From: Candidatus Aminicenantales bacterium
Lineage (GTDB): Bacteria > Acidobacteriota > Aminicenantia > Aminicenantales > Saccharicenantaceae
DNA length: 64,000 bases
NCBI GenBank assembly: GCA_049512315.1
Contig: JBEKXF010000007.1
Coordinates: 1-64,000, forward strand
Direction of reading: 5' to 3'
Below the pieces are notes generated by a model. That model was not told where the DNA came from and ran no database searches. It saw only the letters and a list, made by a program, of their open reading frames with translations. The translations under genes and the position numbers were made by a program. Below are positions 45,977 to 55,333 of this stretch, piece by piece. Numbering within the stretch: the first letter of the stretch is position 1; every line of letters starts with the position of its first letter.

Positions 45977-47566
45977 TCAGGCCTCTTCGACGACCTTCCA
46001 GCCGATCGCGTCTGCCAGGGCGAAGATCGGGTCCTTGAGGTCCCCGTAGAACGTGACCCGGTGCCAGCCCCACTTGTCCCACATCGTGAAGAGCTTCTCG
46101 AAGTCGCCGACCGGCTCCGCGACGAGCTTCGTCCGGCAGGCCCGGTCGTTGGGGTCGTTCCCGACGGCCTGGCCTTGGTGGAAGAGAATCTCCTTGCGGT
46201 CCTCGGAGAGCTCGACGGTCGTCGTCATGTAGCCCGCGGGCAGGATCGACCGGACCGAAGCCCCTTTCCTGTCTTCGGAATGAGTGAGGATCTGGAACGG
46301 GTTCGCCGGGCCGCGCGGGCCGAAGACCCTGTTCGAGGCCACGCAGTGGGCGTAGATGATGTGGCGCTCCGAGGTGTCGAGGACAGGGTCGGAGATCATG
46401 CCCGGCCGGCCGTTGGCCATGATGCCCAGCGCGGTCATGGCCGCTGCCGATGGGACGTCGCACTCGCAGCCGCCGACGAGGCCCTCGTTGTTCAGTTCAT
46501 GGAACCCGAGGCACGGATAGGCATGGATGTGCCCGCCGTAGAAGCCTCCCAGGCAGTTCACCGTGATGCCGTGGGCCCCGTGTTTCTTGAGGACGGCCTT
46601 CAGGCCCAGGTACATCGCCGCGGAGTTGACCAGCTCCTCGCGACTCACCTCCTCGACCGCCGTGGCCGTCTTCATCCAGCGGTCGGCGACGACCCGGGCT
46701 TCGTCCTTGTCCGCGGCGGCCCAGGCCTGGTTGACTGCGGAGAAGGGGAGCTGGATGACGGGGACGCCCATAACGGTCGTCGCGGGACCCGTCTTGTCGT
46801 CCCGGACGGCCAGGAGCTTCGCGGCCTTTATCCGTCGGACGGTCTCGGCGGTCGGGAGGGTCTCCAGCCTGTCGGCCTTGACCGTGAGCTCCCGGGACCC
46901 GGGCGTGCGGCCTTTCCGGACCGCCGACGTGGCGGCGGCGAAATCGAAACCCGGCCCGCCGGCGCGGGCCTGTTCGAAGCAGCGGACGGCGTCGACGAGG
47001 TCGTCAATCCTTGACGACGAGACGAAGCCGATGTTGCGCGCCCCCTCGCGGAGGAACGCCGACGTATAGACGAGGAAGCCTCCGCTCCCGGCGTATGGGA
47101 AATCGGCATAGAGCACGGGCCGGCCCGACGAGGCCATGGTCTGGACGACCCGGTTCCAGCAGTTCATCTGGAAGACGAGGTAGCCGTCGACCGGTGTCGC
47201 CTTGTCCTCATCGAGGGCCTTTTGCGCCTCCTCCGGCCCCGTGGCCATCGTCGCGACGAAGGCGATGTCCGGGAAGCGTCCGGCCAGCCCGATCGTGAAC
47301 TTCTCCATGACCGGCCTGAAGTCGAACCCGAGGTTCGGCCAGTCCGGCCTGTCCTGGACCGGGGCGTGCAGGGCGTAGAGGATGCGGATCCTGAGCTTTC
47401 CGTCGGCGCCTGCGGACGGGATCGCACCTTTCAGCCAGGCCGGCGCAGTCATCAGGCCGGCCGCTCCCGCACAGGCCGCGCAGTCTCCGAGAAACCTGCG
47501 CCGGCTGAGGCCGCGGGCGGCACAGCCCGTGGGCGGGAATTGTGGTTTCCGGGCGGGTTTTCGCAT
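45977..47566 (-). CDS. Twin-arginine-signal protein with L-fucose-isomerase-like domain
   Basis: LSRRRFL Tat motif; NCL...PCLG...LN.EG..GCECD, G.ISDP, AHC, CRTK, WHRV.FYGD. Confidence 0.75.
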   Translation of the reverse strand: MRKPARKPQFPPTGCAARGLSRRRFLGDCAACAGAAGLMTAPAWLKGAIPSAGADGKLRIRILYALHAPVQDRPDWPNLGFDFRPVMEKFTIGLAGRFPDIAFVATMATGPEEAQKALDEDKATPVDGYLVFQMNCWNRVVQTMASSGRPVLYADFPYAGSGGFLVYTSAFLREGARNIGFVSSSRIDDLVDAVRCFEQARAGGPGFDFAAATSAVRKGRTPGSRELTVKADRLETLPTAETVRRIKAAKLLAVRDDKTGPATTVMGVPVIQLPFSAVNQAWAAADKDEARVVADRWMKTATAVEEVSREELVNSAAMYLGLKAVLKKHGAHGITVNCLGGFYGGHIHAYPCLGFHELNNEGLVGGCECDVPSAAAMTALGIMANGRPGMISDPVLDTSERHIIYAHCVASNRVFGPRGPANPFQILTHSEDRKGASVRSILPAGYMTTTVELSEDRKEILFHQGQAVGNDPNDRACRTKLVAEPVGDFEKLFTMWDKWGWHRVTFYGDLKDPIFALADAIGWKVVEEA

Positions 47567-47716
47567 GCCTTCTCCTTTTCGGGCGGCCCTGCGGCCGGGC
47601 CCTCTCCACCCGAACATATCGCTCGGCGCTGGCGTTTGTCAAGACGGGATAAGCGGGCTTGAAACGACGGATGGGATGGGGTTTAATAAGGCGGGCCGGA
47701 TGAAAGGAGAAGCGAC

Positions 47717-48154
47717 ATGAAAAAGTTCGGCATCCTGATCATCGTCGTCTTCAGCTTGGCCGCGATGATGTTCGGCCAGGCCTCCCCGACGGCGGAAAAA
47801 GAGATCCGGGCCGCCCTCGACCTTCAGAAGACCGCCTGGAACAGGGGGGATATCGAGGGGTTCATGGCGACATACTGGAAGTCGGACGCCCTGACTTTTC
47901 AATCGGCGGGAAGCCGGACCCACGGCTGGGATGACGTCCTTGCACGCTATAAGAAAAACTACGCGCCCGGCAAAATGGGGAAGCTCGATTTCACCGATCT
48001 TGCCATCCACATCCTGTCGCGCGACGCGGCCTATGTCCTCGGCCGCTTCAAGCTCGACTTCGGCGGCACGTTGAAGGAAGGCGTTTTCACCCTGATCTTC
48101 AGGCGAACGAAGGATGGCTGGCGGATCATCCACGACCACACGTCCTCGAGTTGA
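47717..48154 (+). CDS. NTF2-like (DUF4440) exported protein
   Basis: AWNRGDIEGFM..YW.S, G.FTLIF.....GWRIIHDHTS. Confidence 0.88.
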   Translation: MKKFGILIIVVFSLAAMMFGQASPTAEKEIRAALDLQKTAWNRGDIEGFMATYWKSDALTFQSAGSRTHGWDDVLARYKKNYAPGKMGKLDFTDLAIHILSRDAAYVLGRFKLDFGGTLKEGVFTLIFRRTKDGWRIIHDHTSSS

Positions 48155-48310
48155 GACGAACGTCATGGCGGGCGACGGTACAGGCCGTCCAGAAGCCTAT
48201 GAAGCGGAGGGGCGCCCATCGGCCTATTGATTAAACCGGGTATTTCGGGAATAATCAGGGCCTGCGCCCATGGCCGGTTTTGATCCGCAATCCTACGAAC
48301 GAGGGTTCAT

Positions 48311-49414
48311 ATGAAAAAATCCGTGTTTCCGGTATCCGCCTTTCTGTCCTTCTCTCTGGCCGCGATCCTGATCGGCGCCTCGTGCGCCCCCGCCCCCGTG
48401 GCGGTGCCGGCGGCCCGGCGGCCGCTCTGGTTCGGCTTTCACGCCATGGTCGAGAAGAAGGCCGACGCGGAGGGCCTTCTCTCCGAGATCCCCGCCCTCG
48501 CCAAGCTGGGAGTCAACCTTATCATCGCCGAGGTCGATTACAATTACGAGTACGTGTCCCATCCGGATCTCCGGACGGAGGACCCGATCTCTAAGGAGAC
48601 GGCGAAGAGGCTCGTCGGCCTCTGCCGGCAGTACAAGATCCGGCTGGTCCCGGAGTTCCAGAGCCTCGGCCATCAGTCCTGGGAAGCGAAAACTTACCCC
48701 CTGCTCGCCAAGTACCCCCAGTTCGACGAGTCCCCGGGCAAGTACCCGGGGAACAAGGGCCGGGAGCCCGCGGGCAACGACTTTTACTGCCGCAGCTGGT
48801 GCCCCCTGCACCCGGACCTCAACGCCATCATCTTCGACCTCTACGACGAGCTCATCGACGTCTTCGAAGCCGACGCCCTGCACGTCGGGATGGACGAGGT
48901 CTTCGTCATCGGTGACGACGCCTGCCCTCGCTGCCGAGGCAAGTCCCCGGCCCAGCTCTTCGCCAAGGCCGTCAACGACGCCTATGGGCACATCGTCAAA
49001 ACGAGGGGCAAGGATATGATGATGTGGGGGGACCGGTTCATCGACGGCACCGAGACCGGCTACGGCATGTGGGAGGCCTCCAAGAACGAGACCTATCCGG
49101 CCGTCGACCTCGTCCCCAGGGACATTATCATCTGCGACTGGCATTACGAGAGGGCATACGAAAATATGAGATCCTACGGCTTCCCCTCCATCCGCATGTT
49201 CCTGGAGAAGGGTTTCCGGGTCCTGCCCACGAGCTTCCGGGACCCCAAGGCCGTCAAGAGCATGATCGACGATTCGCTGGCCCTCAAGTCCGGCCGGATG
49301 CTCGGCCATCTCTGCACGTTCTGGCACGGCATCAAACCGGGCGAGGCGGCCAAGCTCCCGCAGCTCAAGACCGCGGCGAAAAGGCTCGGCCCGATCACGG
49401 TCCCGTCCCGATAG
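48311..49414 (+). CDS. GH20-like glycoside hydrolase, probable lipoprotein
   Basis: PEFQSLGH, HVGMDEV catalytic motif, MWGD, DWHY. Confidence 0.8.
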   Translation: MKKSVFPVSAFLSFSLAAILIGASCAPAPVAVPAARRPLWFGFHAMVEKKADAEGLLSEIPALAKLGVNLIIAEVDYNYEYVSHPDLRTEDPISKETAKRLVGLCRQYKIRLVPEFQSLGHQSWEAKTYPLLAKYPQFDESPGKYPGNKGREPAGNDFYCRSWCPLHPDLNAIIFDLYDELIDVFEADALHVGMDEVFVIGDDACPRCRGKSPAQLFAKAVNDAYGHIVKTRGKDMMMWGDRFIDGTETGYGMWEASKNETYPAVDLVPRDIIICDWHYERAYENMRSYGFPSIRMFLEKGFRVLPTSFRDPKAVKSMIDDSLALKSGRMLGHLCTFWHGIKPGEAAKLPQLKTAAKRLGPITVPSR

Positions 49415-49455
49415 GCCGGGCCTGATTCGATAGAGATCTCACTGGAGGTGACATC

Positions 49456-51555
49456 ATGCGTCGTAACGCCCTTGCCCTTGGCGCGATTTTCCTTCTGACC
49501 TCGGGAGCGCTCTTCTCGGCCGGCCCGGCCTTCGCCGTGGGGACGAACCCGGCTTCTTCCTCCGGATCCCAGGCGTCCAGGGCCCACCCTTTCTCGGTCC
49601 ATGACATGCTGGCCATGGATAGGATCTCGGACTCCCAGGTCTCGCCCGACGGAAAATGGATCGTCTTCAACGTCCGGACGACCGACCTCGAGGCGAACCG
49701 CGGCCGGACCGACATCTGGGTCGTCGGCACAGACGGCCAGAACCTCCGCCGCCTGACGTCCCACCCGGCGGCCGATTTCAACGCCCGCTGGTCCGCCTGC
49801 GGCAAGTGCATCTTCTTCCTGTCCACCCGCTCCGGCTCCGCCCAGGTCTGGCGCATCAGGGTCGACGGGGGAGAGGCCCAGCAGATCACCGATCTCCCGC
49901 TGGGCGTGGGAGCGCTCGTGGTCTCGCCGGATGGCAAAATGCTGGCCGTGACGATGGATGTGTTTCCCGGCCGGAGCACCGAGGCGACCGCCAAAAAACT
50001 CGAGGGGATCCAGAAGCAGAAAGCCACGGGCCGCCTCTACGACAAGCTCTTCGTCCGGCACTGGGATACCTGGAACGACGGCCGGCGCTCGCACCTCTTT
50101 GTCGTTCCTGCGGCCGGCGGCGAGGCGAAGGACCTGATGCCGGCCATGGACGCCGACACGCCTTCGAAGCCGTTCGGCGGGCCCGAGGAGATCGCTTTCG
50201 CGCCCGACGGAAAGGAGATCATCTTCACGGCCCGCGACGCGGGACGCGGGGAGGCCTGGTCGACCGACACCAACCTCTACGCGGCGCCGGTCGACGGCTC
50301 GAAGCCGCCGCGGAGCCTGACCGCGGCCAACAAAGCCTCGGACACGACCCCGGCCTTCTCCCCTGATGGGAAAATGCTGGCCTACCTGGCCATGGCCCGG
50401 CCCGGCTATGAAGCCGACCGCTCCCGGATCGTCCTCAAGCCCTGGCCCGACGGCCAGGGACAAGAGCGCGTCCTGACGGAGACCTGGGATTTCTCGGTTT
50501 CGGCCCTGGCCTGGTCATCGGACGGGAAAAGGATCCTGGCCGCGGCGCCCAATAAAGGCCAGGTCTCGCTCTTCGCCATAGAAGTCGGGTCGGGAAAGGC
50601 CGTGACGATCGTCGAACAGGGGACCCTGGCCGCGTTCGGGCCCGCAGGGGACAGAATCATCTTCGAAAGGAATACCCTGAAGTCGCCGACGGAGATCTAT
50701 TCCGTGAGGGGCGATGGGACCGACGAGCGGGCCGTCACCCGGATCAACGCCGAGAAGGTGGCCGCCGTCCGCCTGGGCGATTTCGAGCAGTTCAGCTTTG
50801 CGGGCTGGAACAATGAAACCGTTACCGGCTACATCGGCAAGCCCGCGGACTTCGACCCGGCCAGGAAATACCCGGTGGCGTTCCTGATCCACGGCGGGCC
50901 GCAGGGGTCGTTCGGGAACGACTTCCACTATCGGTGGAACCCCCAGGCGTACGCCGGGGCGGGATACGCGGTCGTCATGGTCGACTTCCACGGCTCGACC
51001 GGCTACGGCCAGGCCTTCTGCGACTCGATCCGCGGCGACTGGGGCGGGAAGCCGCTCGAGGACCTGAAGAAAGGCCTGGCCGCGGCCCTGAAGAAATATC
51101 CCTGGATGGACGGGGAAAAGGTCGGGGCCTTGGGCGCCTCCTACGGCGGCTACATGATCAACTGGATCGCCGGCAACTGGCCCGACCGGTTCGGGTGCCT
51201 GGTGAGCCACGACGGGAACCTCGACGAGCGGGCCGCCTACTTCGACACGGAGGAGCTGTGGTTCCCGGAATGGGACCACATGGGGACGCCTTGGGACAAC
51301 CCGCAGAGCTATGAGAAACACAACCCGGGGAACTTCGTCAAGAACTGGAAGACGCCCATGCTCATCGTCCACGGCGGACAGGATTTCCGGGTCGTGGACA
51401 CGCAGGGCCTGTCGAGCTTTACGGCTCTGCAGAGACGCGGGGTCCCGAGTCAATTCCTCTACTTCCCCGACGAGAGCCACTGGGTCCTCAAGCCGGCCAA
51501 CTCCATCCAGTGGCACGAGACGGTCCTCGGTTGGCTCGACAAGTGGCTTAAGTAA
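49456..51555 (+). CDS. S9 family peptidase with beta-propeller
   Basis: SPDG repeats, IHGGPQ, GASYGG, DFRV, DESHW. Confidence 0.95.
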   Translation: MRRNALALGAIFLLTSGALFSAGPAFAVGTNPASSSGSQASRAHPFSVHDMLAMDRISDSQVSPDGKWIVFNVRTTDLEANRGRTDIWVVGTDGQNLRRLTSHPAADFNARWSACGKCIFFLSTRSGSAQVWRIRVDGGEAQQITDLPLGVGALVVSPDGKMLAVTMDVFPGRSTEATAKKLEGIQKQKATGRLYDKLFVRHWDTWNDGRRSHLFVVPAAGGEAKDLMPAMDADTPSKPFGGPEEIAFAPDGKEIIFTARDAGRGEAWSTDTNLYAAPVDGSKPPRSLTAANKASDTTPAFSPDGKMLAYLAMARPGYEADRSRIVLKPWPDGQGQERVLTETWDFSVSALAWSSDGKRILAAAPNKGQVSLFAIEVGSGKAVTIVEQGTLAAFGPAGDRIIFERNTLKSPTEIYSVRGDGTDERAVTRINAEKVAAVRLGDFEQFSFAGWNNETVTGYIGKPADFDPARKYPVAFLIHGGPQGSFGNDFHYRWNPQAYAGAGYAVVMVDFHGSTGYGQAFCDSIRGDWGGKPLEDLKKGLAAALKKYPWMDGEKVGALGASYGGYMINWIAGNWPDRFGCLVSHDGNLDERAAYFDTEELWFPEWDHMGTPWDNPQSYEKHNPGNFVKNWKTPMLIVHGGQDFRVVDTQGLSSFTALQRRGVPSQFLYFPDESHWVLKPANSIQWHETVLGWLDKWLK

Positions 51556-51570
51556 GGAGGGGAACCGGGA

Positions 51571-51960
51571 TCAGTCGGGCGGGGTCCCGAGCGGGGTAAC
51601 GCAGGAGGGTATCTCCGACCCGGCACTGTAGAGGTGCCGGATGAGGGTCAGGATCGTCTGCGAGATGTTGTGGAGGAACTCCACGCCGACCTCGTAGAGC
51701 CCGACGGCGTCGTTCTTCCTCACCCACTTGACCTCGCCGTCGACCTGGATGGTCTGGCACGTCTTGGCCAGCTCGATGACGATCCGGATGACGGTGCCGG
51801 CGGCGAACTCCTTTTCCGTGAAAAGCCTCGTTCCGCCGAGCGACAGATCATAGGTGTAGGCGTTGATGCCGAGGTTGGCATAGGGGCCCTTCCCGTCGCC
51901 CGCGGACTTGATGATGACGACGTTCCGTTCCTCGATCCTCTTTTCTTTCCGCATGTTCAT
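51571..51960 (-). CDS. PilZ-domain protein
   Basis: RKEKR RxxxR motif, DLSLGG, GEVKW, GVEF. Confidence 0.88.
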   Translation of the reverse strand: MNMRKEKRIEERNVVIIKSAGDGKGPYANLGINAYTYDLSLGGTRLFTEKEFAAGTVIRIVIELAKTCQTIQVDGEVKWVRKNDAVGLYEVGVEFLHNISQTILTLIRHLYSAGSEIPSCVTPLGTPPD

Positions 51961-52192
51961 GCGTGCTCTCCCAAGGCTATTGTCTTCAGGGGGTGATTTT
52001 CGCAGGTGAGGCGGCCCGAGTAAATCACCTTTAGGGGTGATTCGAAGGATGATGTCGCCGAGGCCTCAGCCCGGGAGAGGCCTCAGTAACTCATGGAAAT
52101 AAAATGACTTAGCAAAAAAATGGCCCCGGAACGGCCTTCCAGCCCGATTTCGGGGACAAAGCCAAAGACTCGGACCTGGGGGGCGCCCTGTT

Positions 52193-53476
52193 TTAGAGGA
52201 CGACTTTCTTCTTCCCCCAGCGGAGCTTCATCGTCAGGACCCTGTCCGTCGAGAAAATCCTGGCCGCGATGAAGACCAGGACGAGAAAGACGACCGCCAT
52301 ATAAAGAATTCCGTATATGACCGCCGGGTAGCGGCCCAGCATGATGTTCGGCGTGGCCAGGAAGGGATGGGAAAAGGGGATGGCCAGGACGAGGAGCTTG
52401 GCCGGCAGCGGCAGCGATTGGACGTCGGCGAAGAAGGACAGGAGATAGGGGATGAGGATCATCAGCATCAGAGGCAGCATCAGGGTCTGGGCGCTCCGGA
52501 AGTCCTCGGCCAGAACCCCGAGAATGGTGGCCATGGCCAGGCCGCAGAGAATGGCGAAGAACAGGGCGATTCCGAGGAGCAGGTAGCCCTTGCCCGAGAG
52601 CGTCAGCCCGAGCTGCTTGATGACCCCGCTCATGGCGGCGCTGGCGCGGACGTCTCCCGTGATCCCTCCGAAGTACGATTTCATGCCGATCATGTAAATG
52701 GCCGCCGACAGCAGTCCCACGATGCCGGCCGCGAGCATTTTCGTCGTCACGATGGACGTCCGGGGGATGGGGACCGTGAGCAGGGTTTCCAGGGTCTTGT
52801 TCTGCTTCTCCATGGCGATGGCCGAGATGACCATCTGGGACGAATACATGATGATCATGAACAGGATGATCGGGATGATAATGGACTGCGAATAGACGAA
52901 TCCGGAGATCGCCGAGGCCGAGCCTTCGGCCATCCTGTCCTTGACGATCACATAATCCTTGGTCTTGATGGGGCTCTTGAGGATGTCCGGTGAGACGTCG
53001 GGGACCTTCCTCTTGAGGACGTTGTCGGAGAGATAGTTGTTCGTCGCCGTGATGACGGCCCGGAGGATCTCGGATTTCCGGATGCCGCCGATGGAGAAGC
53101 TTCTGAGGAATGTATAGGTGGTGATCTCCTTCTGTTCGAACCGGGCCACGGACTCACCGAATCCCTGCGGGATGACCAGGAGGAGGTACGCGTCGCTCTT
53201 TTTGGCCGCCTGGACGGCCGCCTCCGGGTCTTTTCCCTGGCTCCATTCGATCTCGAAATTGGCCGTCTTCAGGCTCCCGGCGAGCCCCCGGGAGAGCTCG
53301 GACTGGTCCAGGTCCATGACGGAGATCTTCTGCGTCGCCGCGGCCTTCTTCATTTCCGTCTTGGCCATCTGGCCGATGAAATAAAAAATGGCCATCATCA
53401 TGAGCAGGGATATGATGAGCTGCTTGTTGATGAGCTCCCGGATTTCCTTGAAGAGCAGGTTAGTGAATTTCTTCAT
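52193..53476 (-). CDS. ABC-2 type permease (NatB-like)
   Basis: EK.NKTLETLLT.P motif; N-terminal TM, large loop, five further TMs. Confidence 0.9.
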   Translation of the reverse strand: MKKFTNLLFKEIRELINKQLIISLLMMMAIFYFIGQMAKTEMKKAAATQKISVMDLDQSELSRGLAGSLKTANFEIEWSQGKDPEAAVQAAKKSDAYLLLVIPQGFGESVARFEQKEITTYTFLRSFSIGGIRKSEILRAVITATNNYLSDNVLKRKVPDVSPDILKSPIKTKDYVIVKDRMAEGSASAISGFVYSQSIIIPIILFMIIMYSSQMVISAIAMEKQNKTLETLLTVPIPRTSIVTTKMLAAGIVGLLSAAIYMIGMKSYFGGITGDVRASAAMSGVIKQLGLTLSGKGYLLLGIALFFAILCGLAMATILGVLAEDFRSAQTLMLPLMLMILIPYLLSFFADVQSLPLPAKLLVLAIPFSHPFLATPNIMLGRYPAVIYGILYMAVVFLVLVFIAARIFSTDRVLTMKLRWGKKKVVL

Positions 53477-54195
53477 CTGAGGGCACTCCTGAAGACGACC
53501 TCGAGGTTCGGCGCCTGATATTTATCCTTGAGCCCCTGGGAAGTCCCGGCGTCCAGGATCCGCCCCTTGTCGATGAGGGCCACCCGGTCGGACAGGAATT
53601 CGATCTCGAGCATGTTGTGGGAGGACAGCAGCACCGAGATCCCTTCCTTGGCGAATTTCTTGATGATCTCCCGGACCTCGAGCGAGTTGATGACGTCGAG
53701 GCCCGACGTCGGCTCGTCCAGGATGGCCATCTTGGGCTTCGTCATCAGGGCGCGGGCCAGGAGGAGCTTCCGGACCATGCCCTTGCTGTAGGTCCCGACC
53801 TTGTCGTTCAGGGCCGTCCCCAGCTCGGCGATGTCCCGGCCCCTCCGGACGGTCTCATCGGCCTTCTCGCGCGTATCCGCGTAGAAGTTGGCCATGAACC
53901 TGAGATAGTCCGTCCCCTTGAGGTTGCGGTAGGCGCCGGCCTCTTCCGGCAGATAGCTGATGTTCTCCCGGATCTTTTCGGGCTCCTTTTTCAGGTCGTA
54001 CCCGAGAAGCGTCACCTTCCCGCCCGAGGGCGAGAGGAGCGTCGAGACGATCCGGAGCGTCGTCGTTTTTCCCGCGCCGTTCGGACCGATGAGGGCGAAG
54101 ATCTCTCCCTCCTGGACCTCAAAATCGATCCCTTTAAGCGCCTCTTTCGTTCCGTAGGATTTCTTGAGTCCTTCAACCTTCAGAACTATGGTCAT
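53473..54195 (-). CDS. ABC transporter ATP-binding protein (NatA-like)
   Basis: GPNGAGKTT, YSKGM, LDEPTSGLD, SSH. Confidence 0.95.
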   Translation of the reverse strand: MTIVLKVEGLKKSYGTKEALKGIDFEVQEGEIFALIGPNGAGKTTTLRIVSTLLSPSGGKVTLLGYDLKKEPEKIRENISYLPEEAGAYRNLKGTDYLRFMANFYADTREKADETVRRGRDIAELGTALNDKVGTYSKGMVRKLLLARALMTKPKMAILDEPTSGLDVINSLEVREIIKKFAKEGISVLLSSHNMLEIEFLSDRVALIDKGRILDAGTSQGLKDKYQAPNLEVVFRSALR

Positions 54196-54281
54196 TCCGG
54201 CCTCCTTGTCGCCGTATCTTATAGCACGGACGCGGCCTCCCGTTCAAACGGCGGACGACGAGGCCCGGCCGCGCCGGGGGG

Positions 54282-55205
54282 TCATTTCGTCGGTTTCGTG
54301 GCCAGGGGTTTCCCCGATTTCTCGAAGAACTCCCTCTGAAGCTCGGGGCCGACCCTGTCGTTCTTGACGGACCGGATCATCTCGACGAGCAGTCCGGCTT
54401 CCAGGCTGAGGGCCAGCTCGCCCAGTTCTTTATTCCCGAAGCTCCCGTCCCCGCGGTAGTGGTTGGGCTGGCCGGCATACCACCAGATCCCCGTGTAGGC
54501 GTGCTTCAGGCCGGCCAGCCGCTTCTGGTCCTCGCCGCTCTCCTGGTTGGCCCTCTCCTGATGGACGAGGTCCGGCCGGTGGGCCAGCATGGTGGAAGTC
54601 TCCTCCTCGCCGGCGTGGCCGTCGATCTTGGTCTTGCGGAGCTTCTTCAGCTCGTCCTCCATTTTCGGGTCGTCCGACGGGTCGAAGAGGTAGACGATGT
54701 AATCCTTCTTCGCGGCCAGCTGGCACTGGCAGAAATAATGGAGGAATTCGTCGTTCCCGCCGTGGCCGTTGACGAGGATGATCTTCTTGATGCCGTTGCG
54801 GGCGAGCTCGTCGCAGGTCTCCTGGAGCAGGTCGATCATGATCCGGGCGCTGTAGGCGATCGTGCCCGGCTGATGCTGGGCCTCGAAGATCTGGCCGAAA
54901 TAGTACTCCGGAAAGACGAGCGTATACTCCTTTTTGGCGGCCCGCAGCGAGACCTCGCGGCAGTCGAGGAGGTCGGTTCCCAGGGGGAGATGAGGGCCGT
55001 GCTTTTCCAGGATACCGACCGGGATGATGCAGGTCGACTGGGACCGGGCCACGGCCTGGACGAAGTCCGGTGCCGTGAGTTCCTCGTAGCGGACCGGGAG
55101 GTCCGGGGCCGGCTTCGCGGCTCCCTGGGCCAGCACAAAACCCGAGCAAACGATGAGAACGCCCAAGGAGAGAAGGGCCAGGGTCAGGGGTCTCGGTGTT
55201 TTCAT
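54282..55205 (-). CDS. Creatininase family amidohydrolase with signal peptide
   Basis: EKHGPHLPLGTD, NGHGGN, HAGEEETS. Confidence 0.92.
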   Translation of the reverse strand: MKTPRPLTLALLSLGVLIVCSGFVLAQGAAKPAPDLPVRYEELTAPDFVQAVARSQSTCIIPVGILEKHGPHLPLGTDLLDCREVSLRAAKKEYTLVFPEYYFGQIFEAQHQPGTIAYSARIMIDLLQETCDELARNGIKKIILVNGHGGNDEFLHYFCQCQLAAKKDYIVYLFDPSDDPKMEDELKKLRKTKIDGHAGEEETSTMLAHRPDLVHQERANQESGEDQKRLAGLKHAYTGIWWYAGQPNHYRGDGSFGNKELGELALSLEAGLLVEMIRSVKNDRVGPELQREFFEKSGKPLATKPTK

Positions 55206-55333
55206 GACATCCACCTCCTTGTCGATGGAAGAAACTCGGAAACCGACGCTCTGCGCGTGACGACCATGATTTATATTACCGGAAAAGAACGGAGTCAATG
55301 GCGTTCTTTCCGCCGTCCGGTCCCGAGTGGGGG

